The notes under the pieces: generated by a model
What the model was told of the DNA's origin: nothing
Databases searched by the model: none
What the model saw: the letters and a program-made list of their open reading frames with translations, nothing else
Origin: Podarcis muralis
Taxonomy: Eukaryota
Assembly (NCBI RefSeq): GCF_964188315.1
Contig: NC_135664.1
Location: forward strand, 74,958,001 to 75,022,000
Length of the DNA: 64,000 bases
Direction: 5' to 3'
Translations under genes and position numbers: made by a program
In this document: positions 10,991 through 22,882 of the stretch, piece after piece
Position numbering within the stretch: position 1 is the first letter of the stretch
How the letters are laid out: every line of letters starts with the position of its first letter

Positions 10991-12210
10991 AATGAATAAT
11001 AATAATTTATCATTTGTACCCCGCCCATCTGGCTGGGTTTCCCCAGCCACTCTGGGCGGCTTCCAACAAAGACCAAAAATACACTAAAATGTCACACATT
11101 AAAAACTTCCCTGAACAGGGCTGCCTTCAGGTGTCTTCTGAAAGTTAGGTACCGTATTTTTCGCCCAATAGGATGCACTTTCCCCCCTCCAAAAATGAAG
11201 GGGAAATGTGTGTGCGTCCTATGGGGCGAATGCAAACTTTCGCTGAAGCTATCCCCCCAGCCCCGCAAGCTCCGGGAGCGATGGTGAGGTTGCGCAACCT
11301 CGCCTTCGCTCCCGGACCCCCAGCCCCGAGGCTAAAAACGAAGCCAGGACAGCAAGCGGGATCCATCCCGCTCACTGTCATGGCTTCTTTGCTCTTTGGG
11401 GCTGGGAGGGGAAATTTTTTTTTACCCTTTATTTCCCCCCCCCCCCAAAAAAAAAATAAGTGTGTCCTATGGGCCGGTGTGCCCTATAGGGCGAAAAATA
11501 CAGTAGTTGTTTTTCTCTTTGACATTTGGTGGGAGGGCGTTCCACAGGGTGCGTGCTGCCACCGAGAAGGCCCTATGCCTGGTTCCCTGTAGCTTTGATT
11601 CTCGCAATGAGGGAACCGCCAGAATGCCCTTGGCACTGGAACTCAGCGTCCGGGCAGTATGATGGGGGTGGAGATGCTCCTTCAGGTATACTGGACTGAG
11701 GCCATTTAGGGCTTTAAAGGTCAACACCAACACTTTGAATTGTGCTCAGAAACGTGCTGGGAGCCAATGTAGGTCTTTCAAGACCGGTGTTATGTGGTCT
11801 CAGTGGCCGCTCCCAGTCACCAGTCTAGCTGCCACAATCTGGATTAGTTGTAGTTTCTGGGTCAGATTCAAAGGCAGCCCCACGTAGAGCGCATGGCAGT
11901 AGTCCAAGTGGGAGATAACCAGAGCATGCACCACTCTGGCGAGACAGTCTGTGGGCAGGTCGGGTCTCATCCTGCGTACCAGATGGAACTGGTAAACAGC
12001 TGCCCTGGATACAGAATTGACCTGCGCCTCCATGGACAGCTGTGAGTCCAGAATGACTCCCAGGCTGCGCACCTGGTCCTTCAGGGGCACAGTTACCCCA
12101 TTCAGGACCAGAGAGTCCTCCACACCCACCCACCCCTTGTCCCCCAAGAACAGTACTTCTGTCTTGTCAGGATTCAACCTCAATCCATTAGCTGCCATCC
12201 ATCCATGAAG
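10991..12210 (-). mobile_element. 5'-truncated L2 split by a Tc1/mariner MITE
   Basis: Translates MAANGLRLNPDKTEVL...LGVILDSQLSMEAQV...LDYCHALYVGLPL. Confidence 0.88.
11152..11503. mobile_element. Tc1/mariner-type MITE with GC-rich interior
   Basis: TIR ccgtatttttcgccc / gggcgaaaaatacag; TA duplicated (11150-11151, 11504-11505). Removing it restores the L2 sequence ggTAgttg. Confidence 0.88.
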
Positions 12211-12559
12211 GGTACTGACATGTAAGGTGGGCTCAGAAAGATTCGGAATTAAATAACTTCCTGATCTTAACTGCTTGGGGCTTCAAAAACCATGGTTTTC
12301 AAACACTTGGCCATAATAGTTCCACAATACAACCGTTCTGCTTAGCCTGAGGCTGCTGAGAAAGGCAGCCTGGATGAATTCGAATGGCATCTGCCAGAAG
12401 CTGATGGAGATTTTGGGGGCATGTCAGAAATCTGGAAGTTCCAGGGTGAAAAGTAATAAAAAGCAAATGACATTTCGTCTCTTGAAACAAGGGTGTACAA
12501 CTCAATTATGTCAGCATTGATTTGGGTCAATTATGTCAGCACTGATGTGGGTCACAAGG

Positions 12560-13020
12560 GGGTTTAATAATGAACGCGCTTTACAGTCTCCTGAACGCCC
12601 TGCTGTGATTTCTGCTCCGTGGGGAGTGAACTGAAAGACCGACAGGAGCAATAATGTAACTTCACACAGTTGCAAGATGAAAATGATGAAATTAATTGCA
12701 TCTCTCATCAAAGGGTGCTTCTGACAAGGGCGCAACCGAACAGAGGCGCAGCGGTGCGGCCTGTCTCTGGCGAGCAAACTTTTAATGGCTCCCTTGGCTT
12801 CTCGTTTGATTGTTATGGAAAAAATATCCCAGCTAATGAACCCCCGACGGCGATGCCAGCTCCTCCCCATAAGCGCACCCCAGTGATCTGCCCCATAGAG
12901 ACACCTCCCGGCTTTTGGGTGCAGGTCCCGAGGGGAGAGATTCAGCGATGGGAAATTTCATGCTGAAACCAAAGCTATTAAACTGCTATTTAGAATAACC
13001 AGTTTAATGACACCGGGGAA
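12560..13020. promoter_or_regulatory. Candidate conserved non-coding element / OR cluster enhancer
   Basis: Repeat-free, CpG-retaining stretch with three TAATGA sites and an EBF-like TCCCGAGGGGA; motif inference only. Confidence 0.3.
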
Positions 13021-13429
13021 GAACTTTTAGAACTAAGATGTTCAGCAAACTCTTCTGGTTGATTTGCAAACGTTGAACGGGTTGCATGAATTGTTCGATG
13101 CAACAGCACCTGGACTATTTGGAGTCGGGGGCGTCAAGAAAGCTCACGTGGTTGGGTTTGCTGCTTCGTTTGACAGTGTCCTGACTCAGTCCTTGAGTAC
13201 AAGAAAATCCTTTATCATAGAAGCGTAAAGTTTGAAGGGAACCCGGGAGTCATCTAGTCCAACCCCCTTAAATGCAGGAATCTCAGCCATGACAGGTGGC
13301 CACTAATCTCTGCTTAAACACAGCACACAGTTAAAGTATGGCACTTTTTGAAAGCCTATATGGCTTTCAAAGGGGATTAGACTAATTCACGGATGAGAGA
13401 GCTATCAATGGCTACCATAATAATAATAA

Positions 13430-14030
13430 TTAATAATAAATTTTTATTTATACCCGCCCTTCCCGGTTCAGAAAACCGGGCTCAGGGCTGCTAACAACAA
13501 ATTTAAAATACTTAATTGATGCAACAAAAAAAACCAGCATAAAATACAGTATAAAACATTAATAACAATTCAGAATTCAAAAATCAGTTTAGGGGGGAAA
13601 TCCAGCCAATAAACATTAGATAATCACCAGGGCTAGCTGGCTAAATTAGTCCTATTTGGGCCAACGAGGAGACCAGGGGAGAATTAGCTGTGGGGTCTCA
13701 GGGTGGGTAATCTTCATAAAAAGGGGAGGGGGAGAGATGGAAGGGGAATAAAAGATCAGGCTAAGTTAAAATGGAAAGCCAGGCGGAATAGCTCCGTCTT
13801 ACAGACCCTGTGGAAGGAGGTTAAATCCTGCAGGGCCCTGGTCTCCTGGGACAGAGCATTCCACCAGGTCGGAGCCATCACTGAGAAGGCCCTGGCCCTG
13901 GTGGAGGATAATCTGACTTCCTTGGGGACCTCTAAACTATGGTTATTCATGGACCTTAAGGTCCTTTGCGGGGCAGACCAGGAGAGGCGGTCCCGTAAAT
14001 ACGAGGGCCCTATGCCACAAAGGGCTAGCC
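13430..14030 (-). mobile_element. L2 3' fragment (second subfamily)
   Basis: Close reverse-complement match to 7445-7810. Confidence 0.85.
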
Positions 14031-14062
14031 AGAATGGCTGTGCAGTTGGAGCTTGCAATCCT

Positions 14063-14200
14063 CCTAGCTCAGTTGGTAGAGCACGAGGCTCTAAATCTCA
14101 GGGTCTTGGGTTTGAGCAAACCCACACTGAGCAAAAGATTCCTGCAATGCTGGGGGTTGGACTAGATGACCCTCATGGCCCCTTCCAACTCTGTCATTCC
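14063..14200 (+). mobile_element. tRNA-Lys-like SINE with CR1-like tail
   Basis: tagctcagttggtagagcacgaggctctaaatctcagggtc head, followed by gggggttggactagatgacc. Confidence 0.72.
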
Positions 14201-14528
14201 ATGTATCTTACCAGTTTCTGGAAGCTGCAGGATGGGAGGGTGCTGTTGTGCTCAAATCCTGCTCCTTTGGGGCACCTGGTTGGTGACTAAGAGCAAGATG
14301 CTGAAATAGATGGGCTACTGGCCTGATCCAGATTGTGGAAGTCAAAGGATGTTGCCTCTAGCACAGCAAAATCACATTTATTTTATTTATTTTTAATGAA
14401 AACGTTAATTTCTGGTGCAGAATCAGCTTTGGGGGGGAAATGCAACATTCTTTCTCTATTAGGCATTGGAGGGTCACATCACAAGACATCTTATGCCTGA
14501 AAGACACACCTATGTATTTATAAGCAGC

Positions 14529-14529
<1 letters not shown>

Positions 14530-14571
<42 letters not shown>

Positions 14572-14572
14572 T
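14530..14572. repeat. (ATTG)n microsatellite
   Basis: Direct reading. Confidence 0.95.
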
Positions 14573-14909
14573 TGCAATATTTATACACTGCTTGGTTGCA
14601 ATGGAAGCCCAAAGCAGTTTACAAGAAGGACAAAAGCAGCAGAATCCCTGATTATGAAATTAAATATACAAATTATTAAATATTTCTTACTGGGCTGTTA
14701 CATTAACTTGGTTTTCAAAAAGTCTTGATTTTATTTATTTTTTAAAGCGCACCCACAGGCCTTAATTCTAAGGAGCAAAAGAGTTAATTCAATAAAACAT
14801 ACCTGATTGAACTGTATCTCCCTCTCTCCTCTTTCCACTTTTGAACGCCAATGTTTAATTTCAGTGTACTGTATATTATTATAGAAGAGCAAGCCCTGCT
14901 GAAGCAAAG

Positions 14910-15600
14910 ACAGCATGGTTTCTGCAAGGGAAAGTCCTGTCTCACAAACTTATTAAGAGTTCTTTGAAAGTGTCAAAAAGCATATAGGGAGAGGTGATCT
15001 GGTTGGCATAGTGTACTTGGATTTTGAAAAAGCTGTTGACAAAGTCCCTCACCCAAGACTCCTGAGTAATCTTAGCAGTCAAGAATAAGAGGAGAGGTCT
15101 TCTTGTGGATTAGGAATTGGTCAAGTTTCAAGAAACAAAGAGTAGGGACAAACAGATAGTTCTCCAAATGCAGAAATGCAGAAAGAGGAGTCCCCCAGCT
15201 ATTGGTATTGGCACATGTGCTTTTAAAGTTGTTCCTAAATGTTCTAGAGTGAGCAGAGAGGTGGCCACGTTCGCTGATGACGCTAAATTATATTTAGGGT
15301 TGTTAAAACAAAAAGTGATTCGAAAGAGCTCCAAAAAGACCTCTCCAGATTGAGTGACTGGGCAGTAAAATGGCAAATGCAATTCAATGTAAGCAAGTTT
15401 AAAGTGATGTTGGAGGGGGGGGGATTCTTAATTTCACATACACACTAATGGGGTCTGAACCAGAAGTGATGGACCAGGAAGAAGACCTTGAGGTCACAGT
15501 AGACAGCTCAATGAAGATGTTGATCCAGTGTGCTACAGCCGTGAAAAAGGCAAATTCTATGCTAGGGATCATTAGGGAAGGAATTGAACATAAACACTGC
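14910..15600 (+). mobile_element. CR1 reverse transcriptase fragment
   Basis: QHGFCKGKSCLTNL, IVYLDFEKAVDKVPH, FADDAKLY and KKANSMLGII motifs across frameshifts. Confidence 0.88.
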
Positions 15601-15611
15601 CATTATCATAA

Positions 15612-16013
15612 TGGTACCTTCGAGAACACTGTCCAACCATCTTGTCCTCTGTCGTCCCCTTCTCCTTGTGCCCTCCATCTCTCCCAACATCAGGGTCTTT
15701 TCCAGGGAGTCTTCTCTTCCCATGAGCTGGCCAAAGTATTGGAGCCTCAGCTTCAGGATCTGTCCTTCCAGGGCTGATTTCCTTCAGAATGGATCGGTTG
15801 GATCTTCTTGCAGTCCATGGGACTCTCAAGAGTCTCCTCCAGCACCAGAATTCAAAAGCATCCATTCTTCGGCAATCAGCCTTCTTTATGGTCCAGCTCT
15901 CACTTCCATACATCACTACTGGGGAAACCATGGCTTTAAGTATACGGACCTTTCTTGGCAAGGTGATGCCTCTGCTTTTTAAGATGCTGTCTAGGTTTGT
16001 CATCAATATGCCC
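15612..16013 (-). mobile_element. BovB internal fragment
   Basis: Translates MTNLDSILKSRGITLPRKVRILKAMVSPVVMYGSESWTIKKA. Confidence 0.9.
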
Positions 16014-17114
16014 TTCCATATTTTAGGGCCAAGTGAGTTCCAGAACTTCCCTCTTCCCCCAGCATAAGAAAAGACCACACATTTGGTACATTAAAAATGA
16101 TTTACTTACTAACTCTTAAAAGGTCAGGTTCCTGTGCTTTTACATACATCAGCCAGAAAAGTCACACAGGCAGTAAAAAATGGCTTTTCTACAAAATGAT
16201 GGCAATTCCTAAATGATTGGCATAGGAACTCAAGAGTGGTTGGAGAGAGAGATGTGAACTGGAGGAACCAGCTCAGACCTCCTCACACACTGAGCTTCTC
16301 AGATACACTGAAGGAGAACAACAACTTGATTACCTAGTTTCTCCCCAGGTGAGGGGGAAGTGGACAGAGCTAAGCCTGGCAGGACAGCTTACTCTATGGT
16401 ATTAACCCCTTCATGCATTAATTAGACTTAAGCATGTTGGTTATATGAGGCTGGTTGTCATACAAGTTAGGGGCAGTACTGCTTCTGAACACCAGTTTCT
16501 GGAAACCACAGGAGGGGACAGTGCTCATGTACTCATGTTCTGTTCCCTGATTTCCCAGAAGAGGCATCTGCCTGGCCATTGTGAGAATAGGATGCTGGAC
16601 TAGATGGGTCACTGGCCTGATGCAGCTAGAGGCTCTTCCTATGTTCTTATTTGTTTTAATTTATTTTGAACTGTTCTGAATGCTGTATCTTATATTGCTG
16701 AAGCCCTCACTGGGGCCTTCTGGAGAAGGCTGGGTAATAAATCTGATGAGGAGGATAAGGATGATGACATCTTCTGGAGAACTTCGTCTACTTTGTGATG
16801 GGTCCCGCTGACATCAATTCCACTGGGCTGTGTGCGTTTCCCCAGATTTCTCACCTCCGCTGGCAACGGGAGCCTGTTTCCCCTGGGCCACACAAACCAT
16901 GAAATACCTGCTCCAGCTCTTAGCAGCTTCACAGCTCAGGGAGCACAGGACGCGATTCCTGACCTTGTGCAGGTAAGACAAGGGCAGCGGTAGGGGGCTG
17001 CTGAGGTGAACTCCTGGCTAGGAGTCTTAGGGAAAGCTGGGATGCTGTTCTCACCTCTTAAGTGTCATTTGCAATGGGGAAGTCTTTGTGCGCACACAAC
17101 TGAAGGATCTAAGC

Positions 17115-18006
17115 CAGGGCCAGATTTAGGTTTGATGAGACCCTAAGCTACTGAAGGTACCAGGGTCCTTGATATGTCCAGCTGTCCTTTGTCAACAACA
17201 AATGGTCACTGTTTTTTTGTGTTGAATATATGCTATATGGTAATTGATGGACCTAATAGGTATCTCAAGCCAATTGCACATGCTGCCATGCAGCCAGTCC
17301 ATGCAGAACGTAGGCACCCTATATATAAAAGATAAAGGTAAAGGGACCCCTGACAGTTAAGTCCAGTTGCAAACGACTCTGGGGTTGCGGCGCTCATCTC
17401 ACTTTACTGGCCGAGGGAGCCGGCGTACAGCTTCCGGGTCATGTGGCCAGCATGACTGAAATATACTCAGAGTCGCAAAGTGATTTCATGCTCTTTATTC
17501 AGCTCATAGTGGTGAGGAGGAATGAATAAAAGTCCCCTCACCGCTTCTGGCGAACCAGAGCAGCGCACGGAAACGCCGTTTACATTCCCGCTGAAGTGGT
17601 ACCTATTTATCTACTTGCACTTTGACATGCTTTCAAACTGCTAGGTGGGCAGGAGCAGGGACTGAGCAATGGGAGATCACCCCGTCGTGGGGATTTGAAC
17701 CGCTGACCTTCTGAACGGCAAGTCCTAGGCTCTGTGGTTTAACCCACAGCGCCACGCGCGTACTTCCCTATATATAGAAATGAGCAAAGCAGTGATATTT
17801 TAGGGAGCAGGCTAGCAGGCGCGGGCCATGACTTATATCATAGGAGCCTGCACAACACAAAACACTGCTGCTGTATGTAGCTTTTATTTTATTTGTTTTT
17901 TATCTTATTTTTGGAAATGTACATACATGGTTTTTTTATTTAATTTTTTTTAAGAGAGGGGGGCCCTAGCTATAGCTTGTTTAGCTTACATGTAAATCTG
18001 GCACTG
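17115..18006. mobile_element. hAT-type MITE, family B copy 2, with a nested Sauria SINE
   Basis: Termini cagggccagattta / taaatctggcactg; perfect 8-bp TSD atctaagc (17107-17114, 18007-18014). Confidence 0.88.
17333..17760 (-). mobile_element. Sauria-type SINE nested in hAT family B
   Basis: Reverse complement of a full SINE; flanking duplication ccctatatata (17317-17327, 17766-17776); ~75 bp foreign insert at about 17460-17540. Confidence 0.88.
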
Positions 18007-18603
18007 ATCTAAGCGGATCCTTGGATGGCTTTCAAAGAGGATTAGACAAATTCAGGAAGGAGAGGGTTCCTAATGATTGCTAGCCAGGATGCCTAAGCTC
18101 TGCCTCCAGCAGTGCTTCTGAACACCAGTTGCTGGAAACCACAGGAGGGGAGAGACTGCTCTTGTGTTCGAATCCTGCTTGCTGGTTTCCCACAGGTGTC
18201 TGGTTGGCCACTGTGAGAAGAGGATGCTGGGCTCAATGGGCCATTGGCCTGATCCAGCCGTCCCTTCTGATGGGAGTTATAGTCCAGCAACACATCTTTG
18301 ATCAAGGGTTTTCTCCAGAAAAGCTGTTTGTTGTGTGTTCATCCTACTTTGGCTGCAGAAAAGCATATGCAGAGGTCAGAGTATATGCTGGTCTTTATGG
18401 AGCGTTTGTTCTGGTTTGCTTTGGCAGGGCGTTGGCACGGCAATGCTCATTCACCCTGACTTCCCTGTTGAGTGTTTATGCATCTTCCTGTTAGACACTC
18501 ATCCCCCCCCCCCTGCACTGCCCTATCGGTTTCCAAACCTCAGCTTCTTCTTGAAAGATAAGATAAACTTTATTCGCATTAGCCAATGGCCATGGCAACA
18601 TAA

Positions 18604-18957
18604 GGGACGCGGATGGCGCTGTGGGTTAAACCACAGAGCCTAGGACTTGCCGATCAGAAGGTCGGCGGTTCGAATCCCCGTGATGGGGTGAGCTTCCGTT
18701 GCTCGGTCCCTGCTCCTGCCAACCTAGCAGTTCGAAAGCATGTCAAAAGTGCATGTAGATAAATAGATACGGCTCTGGTGGGAAGGTAAACGGTGTTTCC
18801 GTGCACTGCTCTGGTTCGCCAGAAGCGGCTTAGTCATGCTGGCCACATGACCCGGAAGCTGTACGCTGGTTCCCTCGGCCAGTAAAGCAAGATGAGCGCC
18901 GCAACCCCTGAGTCGGCCGCGACTGGTCCTAATGGTCAGGGGTCCCTTTACCTTTAC
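18604..18957 (+). mobile_element. Full-length Sauria-type SINE
   Basis: tRNA-like head (ggcgctgtgggttaaacc...ggttcgaatccc) and terminal (accttt)n tail. Confidence 0.92.
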
Positions 18958-18989
18958 AGCAACATAAAACAAGCAATATATACAAATAA

Positions 18990-19445
18990 AAAGACAACAA
19001 TGGGTAAAAAGGGCAATCAAATGACCAAGATTATCGTTCAGATAGTGGCCCTTAATCTCACTGCACCCTCGATAAACCTAGCAACCTTTGCTGTTGTCTG
19101 ATCATTTTGATCTGATAAAAGAAAGAACAATGTGGCCGCAGGTGGGTGGCCTGGGATGTTAAGTAAGAGTGGGGTGATGATCTCATTCCTCAGATCTTTG
19201 TAAAGGGGACAGGAGAACATGAGCCACTGTTTCCAGACTGCCATCTCCACAGGGGCAGAGTCGTTTCTCAGTTGGAATCTTTTGGTATCTGCCCTCAAGT
19301 ACGGCAGAGGGCATCACATCCAATCTGGCCAGTGTGAAGGCATGTCTGTATTTTGGGATAGTTAATTTATTCAGATATGGTGCCAGGGAATCAAACGGGG
19401 GGGGGGGGGGAGGCATACCAAGGACAGAATTTCTTATAATTTTCT
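18990..19445 (-). mobile_element. Non-LTR retrotransposon 3' fragment with a C-terminal Cys/His knuckle (clade unassigned)
   Basis: AFTLARLDVMPSAVLEGRY...RLCPCGDGSLETVAHVLL / CPLYKDLR across a frameshift. Confidence 0.7.
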
Positions 19446-19589
19446 TTAAAGTGGATGAGTTGTGCTGGGGCAACCAAGTGCTTTAATCCACTTTAATTGC
19501 ACAAATCTAAATTCAGGGTCTGTGCTTTAATCCCTCCTGCAAAAGAGCAATTGTCTGGAGATGCCCTTGGAGCAGCCTTCGGCCATTTG

Positions 19590-19840
19590 GCACCCTCCAG
19601 ATGTTTGGGACTACAACTCCCATCATCCCTGACCACTGGTCCTGTTAGCTAGGGATGATTGGAGTTGTAGTCCAAAAACTTCTGGAGGGCCGAGTTTGCC
19701 TTTGCCTGCTGCCTCGGAGCAGGGTTTCCCAAACTTAGGTCTCCAGCTGTTTTGGGACTACAACTCCCATCAGCCCTGACTACCGCTCCTGCTAGCTGGG
19801 GATGATGGGAATTGTAGTCCAATAACAGCTGGAGACCCTG
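19590..19840. mobile_element. Two adjacent ~120-bp palindromic MITEs
   Basis: Each has arms ggactacaactcccatca / tgatgggaattgtagtcc forming a hairpin. Confidence 0.75.
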
Positions 19841-19989
19841 CTGTCTTAGAAGTACATCCTGGATCTGAACCTTTTTCCAGTCCACGTTTTCTTACCTCTG
19901 CCTCTAGTTGTGACATGGTAAATGTATTGTTCATTGCAAATAACATCTTATCTTGAACAGAAACATTATTTGACTGTTTCCTCTTTCCT

Positions 19990-20520
19990 CTTTTTTATTT
20001 TTTAATTTACGGTAGATTCAGTAAAGCAAACCAAAATATCCATAAAGAAATATTCATACCATTAAAACAGGTTGAAAGCAGCATAAGGCTTTTATCAGTA
20101 AACTTACTATTCCAAAACATATCAATTTCCCAAAAAATCTATTAGGCTGATTTATACGTATTCTTTTATAATATGCTAATTTAATTGTTGTTACTATATG
20201 CTAGGTTTTCCCCCAAATCGTTCTCATGCCCCTCATTTTTAGCCATCACAATCTTTGCAGCTGCTACAATGCTGATTACTATTTCTCGATCATTTTCTGA
20301 AGTAACATCCCGGGTTAAAGCAGTAGAAATATTTTGGCTTTTAATGGGATATGATGTCCTAACATATCAGAAATGCTAGCCTCAACAGGTTTCCAAAATA
20401 TTTGCATTTGAGAGCAGTTCCAAAAGTTGTGTACATCATTTGCTTTATGCAATTCGTCATTTATTCTTTTATAAAATTGTGTCCAGTCCAGTCCCCCATT
20501 CATTCCACGTTCCACAAAGG
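19990..20520 (-). mobile_element. L1-like 3' fragment
   Basis: T-rich tail on the left; degenerate ORF2 C-terminal residues (HNFWNC..QIFWK). Confidence 0.6.
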
Positions 20521-20959
20521 CAACAATAACAAAACGTCAGCTAAAACAGAAAAATGAAAAGTACAGACAGGCGCAATAGATGAAAACAGCTGAAAGGAGG
20601 CTTCTCCAGCATAAGAGCTTTAACCTGTCTAGGCAAATCCGTGCTGACATAAATAGATGTTAAGCTATGAAAAGGATAAGGGAGTTGGGATGACTGACTC
20701 TTCTGTGCAAGATGTCCCACAATCAAGGTGTGATTTCAGAAAAGGCCCCTCTCTCACATCCTGCCATGAGGACATGAGGAAGAGCCCCTTTTTTCCCAGC
20801 ATCTCTAAGGGAGCAAGCAGGCTGATGTGGAAGAAGATTGTAGGGTTGGAAGGGACCCAAGGGTCATCTAGTCCAACCCCCTGAAATACAGGAATCACAG
20901 CTAAAATGTCCATGACCAACCTCTGTTGAAAAATCTTCAACAAAGTAGAGTCCACCACC

Positions 20960-21460
20960 TTCTGAATGCGGCAGCTAGACTGGGGACTGGGAGCGGCTGC
21001 CGAGACCACATAACGCCAGTCCTGAAAGACCCACATTGGCTCCCGGAATGTTTCCGAGCACAATTCAAAGTGTTGATGCTGACCTTTAAAGGCCTAAATG
21101 GCCTCGGTCCAGTATACCTGAAGGAGCGTCTCCACCCCCATCGTTCAGCCCAGACACGGAGGTCCAGCGCCGAGGGCCTTCTGGTAGTTCCCTCCCTGCA
21201 AGAAGCCAAGTTACAGGGAACCAGGCAGAGGGCCTTCTCAGTGGTGGCGCCCGCCCTGTGGAACGCCCTCCCATCAGCTGACAAGGAAATAAACAACTAT
21301 ATGACATTTAGAAGACATCTGAAGGCAGCCCTGTTTAGGGAAGTTTTGTAATGTTTGATGTTTTATCGTGTTTTTAATACAGTATTCTGTTGGGAGCTGC
21401 CCAGAGTGGCTGGGGAGGCCCTGCCAGATGGGCGGGGTATGTAAGTAAAAAAAATAAATT
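20960..21460 (+). mobile_element. L2 3' fragment
   Basis: ORF 20926-21351 translates NAAARL...FRAQFKVLMLTFKGLNGLGP. Confidence 0.88.
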
Positions 21461-21494
21461 ATTATTCTCATTCTCATTCTCATTATTCCGAGAG

Positions 21495-21795
21495 AGTCCA
21501 TTCCACTCTCACGCAGCTCATATCACCCAAAGATTCTTCCTAATATTTAGTTGGAATCTTTTTTCTTGCTATTTGAATCCATTGGTTCTTCTGGAGCAGG
21601 TGGAAACAAGTTTGCTCCATCCTCCATGAGACGCCTCTTCAGATATTTGAAGATGGGTTCCATAGCACCTCTCCTCCAGGCTAAACACCCCCCCCCAACT
21701 CCCTCAGCAGTTCTGCAGACGGCTCAGTTTCCAGACCCTTGATCGTCTTGGTCGCCCTCCTCTGCACACCTCCTAGCTTTTCAATATCCTTGTCA
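21495..21795 (-). mobile_element. CR1 3' fragment
   Basis: Typical CR1 ORF2-end sequence on the reverse strand (ttcctaatatttagttggaatc, gaccaagacgatcaagggtctggaaac). Confidence 0.7.
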
Positions 21796-22882
21796 AATTG
21801 ATGGAGGAGAGGGCCCTTGGAAGGCTGCTAGACACCATGGCTATGTTCTGCCTCCACAGTCAGAGGCGGCAATGCTGCTGAATTTCAGTTGCTGGAAACC
21901 ACAAGAAGTGGGGTGTTGCTATTCTGCTTGGATCTTGCTTGTGGTTTCCCATTGGGGCATCTGGTGGACCACTGTGAAGACAGCATGCTGGACTGGGCCA
22001 TTGGCTCTTCTTAGATTCTTATGTATTTAAAAGAAGAAGAAGAATGAGGAGCAAAGGAAGGAGCCACCAGGGTATTCCTGCAGATTCAAGCTATTGCTGC
22101 CTGTCGGCCTGGTGGAGCATGTGGCGGATGTCTCCTTTGTCCCACCTGCGGGCTTTTCTGAAAGGAAGGTTTGCTGAAGTAGTGTGCAGGCTATTGAGAG
22201 AGGGCTATATCTATGCTTTGTGTAACATGACCGCCTTGTATATTTCCCCTGGGGATCACCCCCCGTTGCTATTAGTCAACAACTGCATTGTTGTATACGT
22301 GGGGAAAAGCAGGATTGTATGATCTTCATATTTGGGACTGGCAGGACATCTCTGGGAAGTGTGGGGTTGTAAGGTGGGTTGTGGGACAGCAGTGGCTGTA
22401 CTTCCACTAACTTTGGACTATGCCACACTCTCCATGTCCCTACCAAGTGTGTCTGACCAAGGGCATACCCCAAAGATCTCAGAGCCTGGGCAGCTTCATA
22501 TGGGACATTGCAGCCCTTCAGATAGTCTAGGGCTAACATGTTTGGGGGTTTATGAATCATTACCAGCACTTTGGATTGTGCCCAGAAACAGAGAGCTAGG
22601 CAATGGAGCTATTGTAACAAGGGAGTTGTATGTACAACCTTGCTTTTCTCCATTAGACGTTGGGACAGCACTAAACAGGTGACCCTCCATGTTGTAGTTT
22701 TACATCTCCTAGGACCTCCTGGTGATGGATGAATAAGAAACCCAATAAATACAAAATAATTGCGGTGATAAGAGCAAGTGCAGGAGGTGACGCTCAGTCC
22801 CTAGCTCTCTGTGAGCGAGGAACCTACGTCCTGTTGCTTCCACACTCTTTGTTTCTCCTTCTCTACACAGATTAACTTTCCC

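Noticed and set aside
12502-12551. 25-bp tandem duplication
   Set aside because: Real, but a simple two-copy slippage event with no sign of function.
14063-14125. tRNA-Lys gene (similar heads at 6068 and in the Sauria SINEs)
   Set aside because: The stems are degenerate and each runs directly into SINE or CR1-like tails, so these are SINE heads.
22811-22882. Upstream in-frame starts extending OR-1, OR-5 and OR-6
   Set aside because: The extensions cross polypyrimidine tracts and AG acceptors, so they are intronic; the conserved Met precedes the NxT/S sequon.
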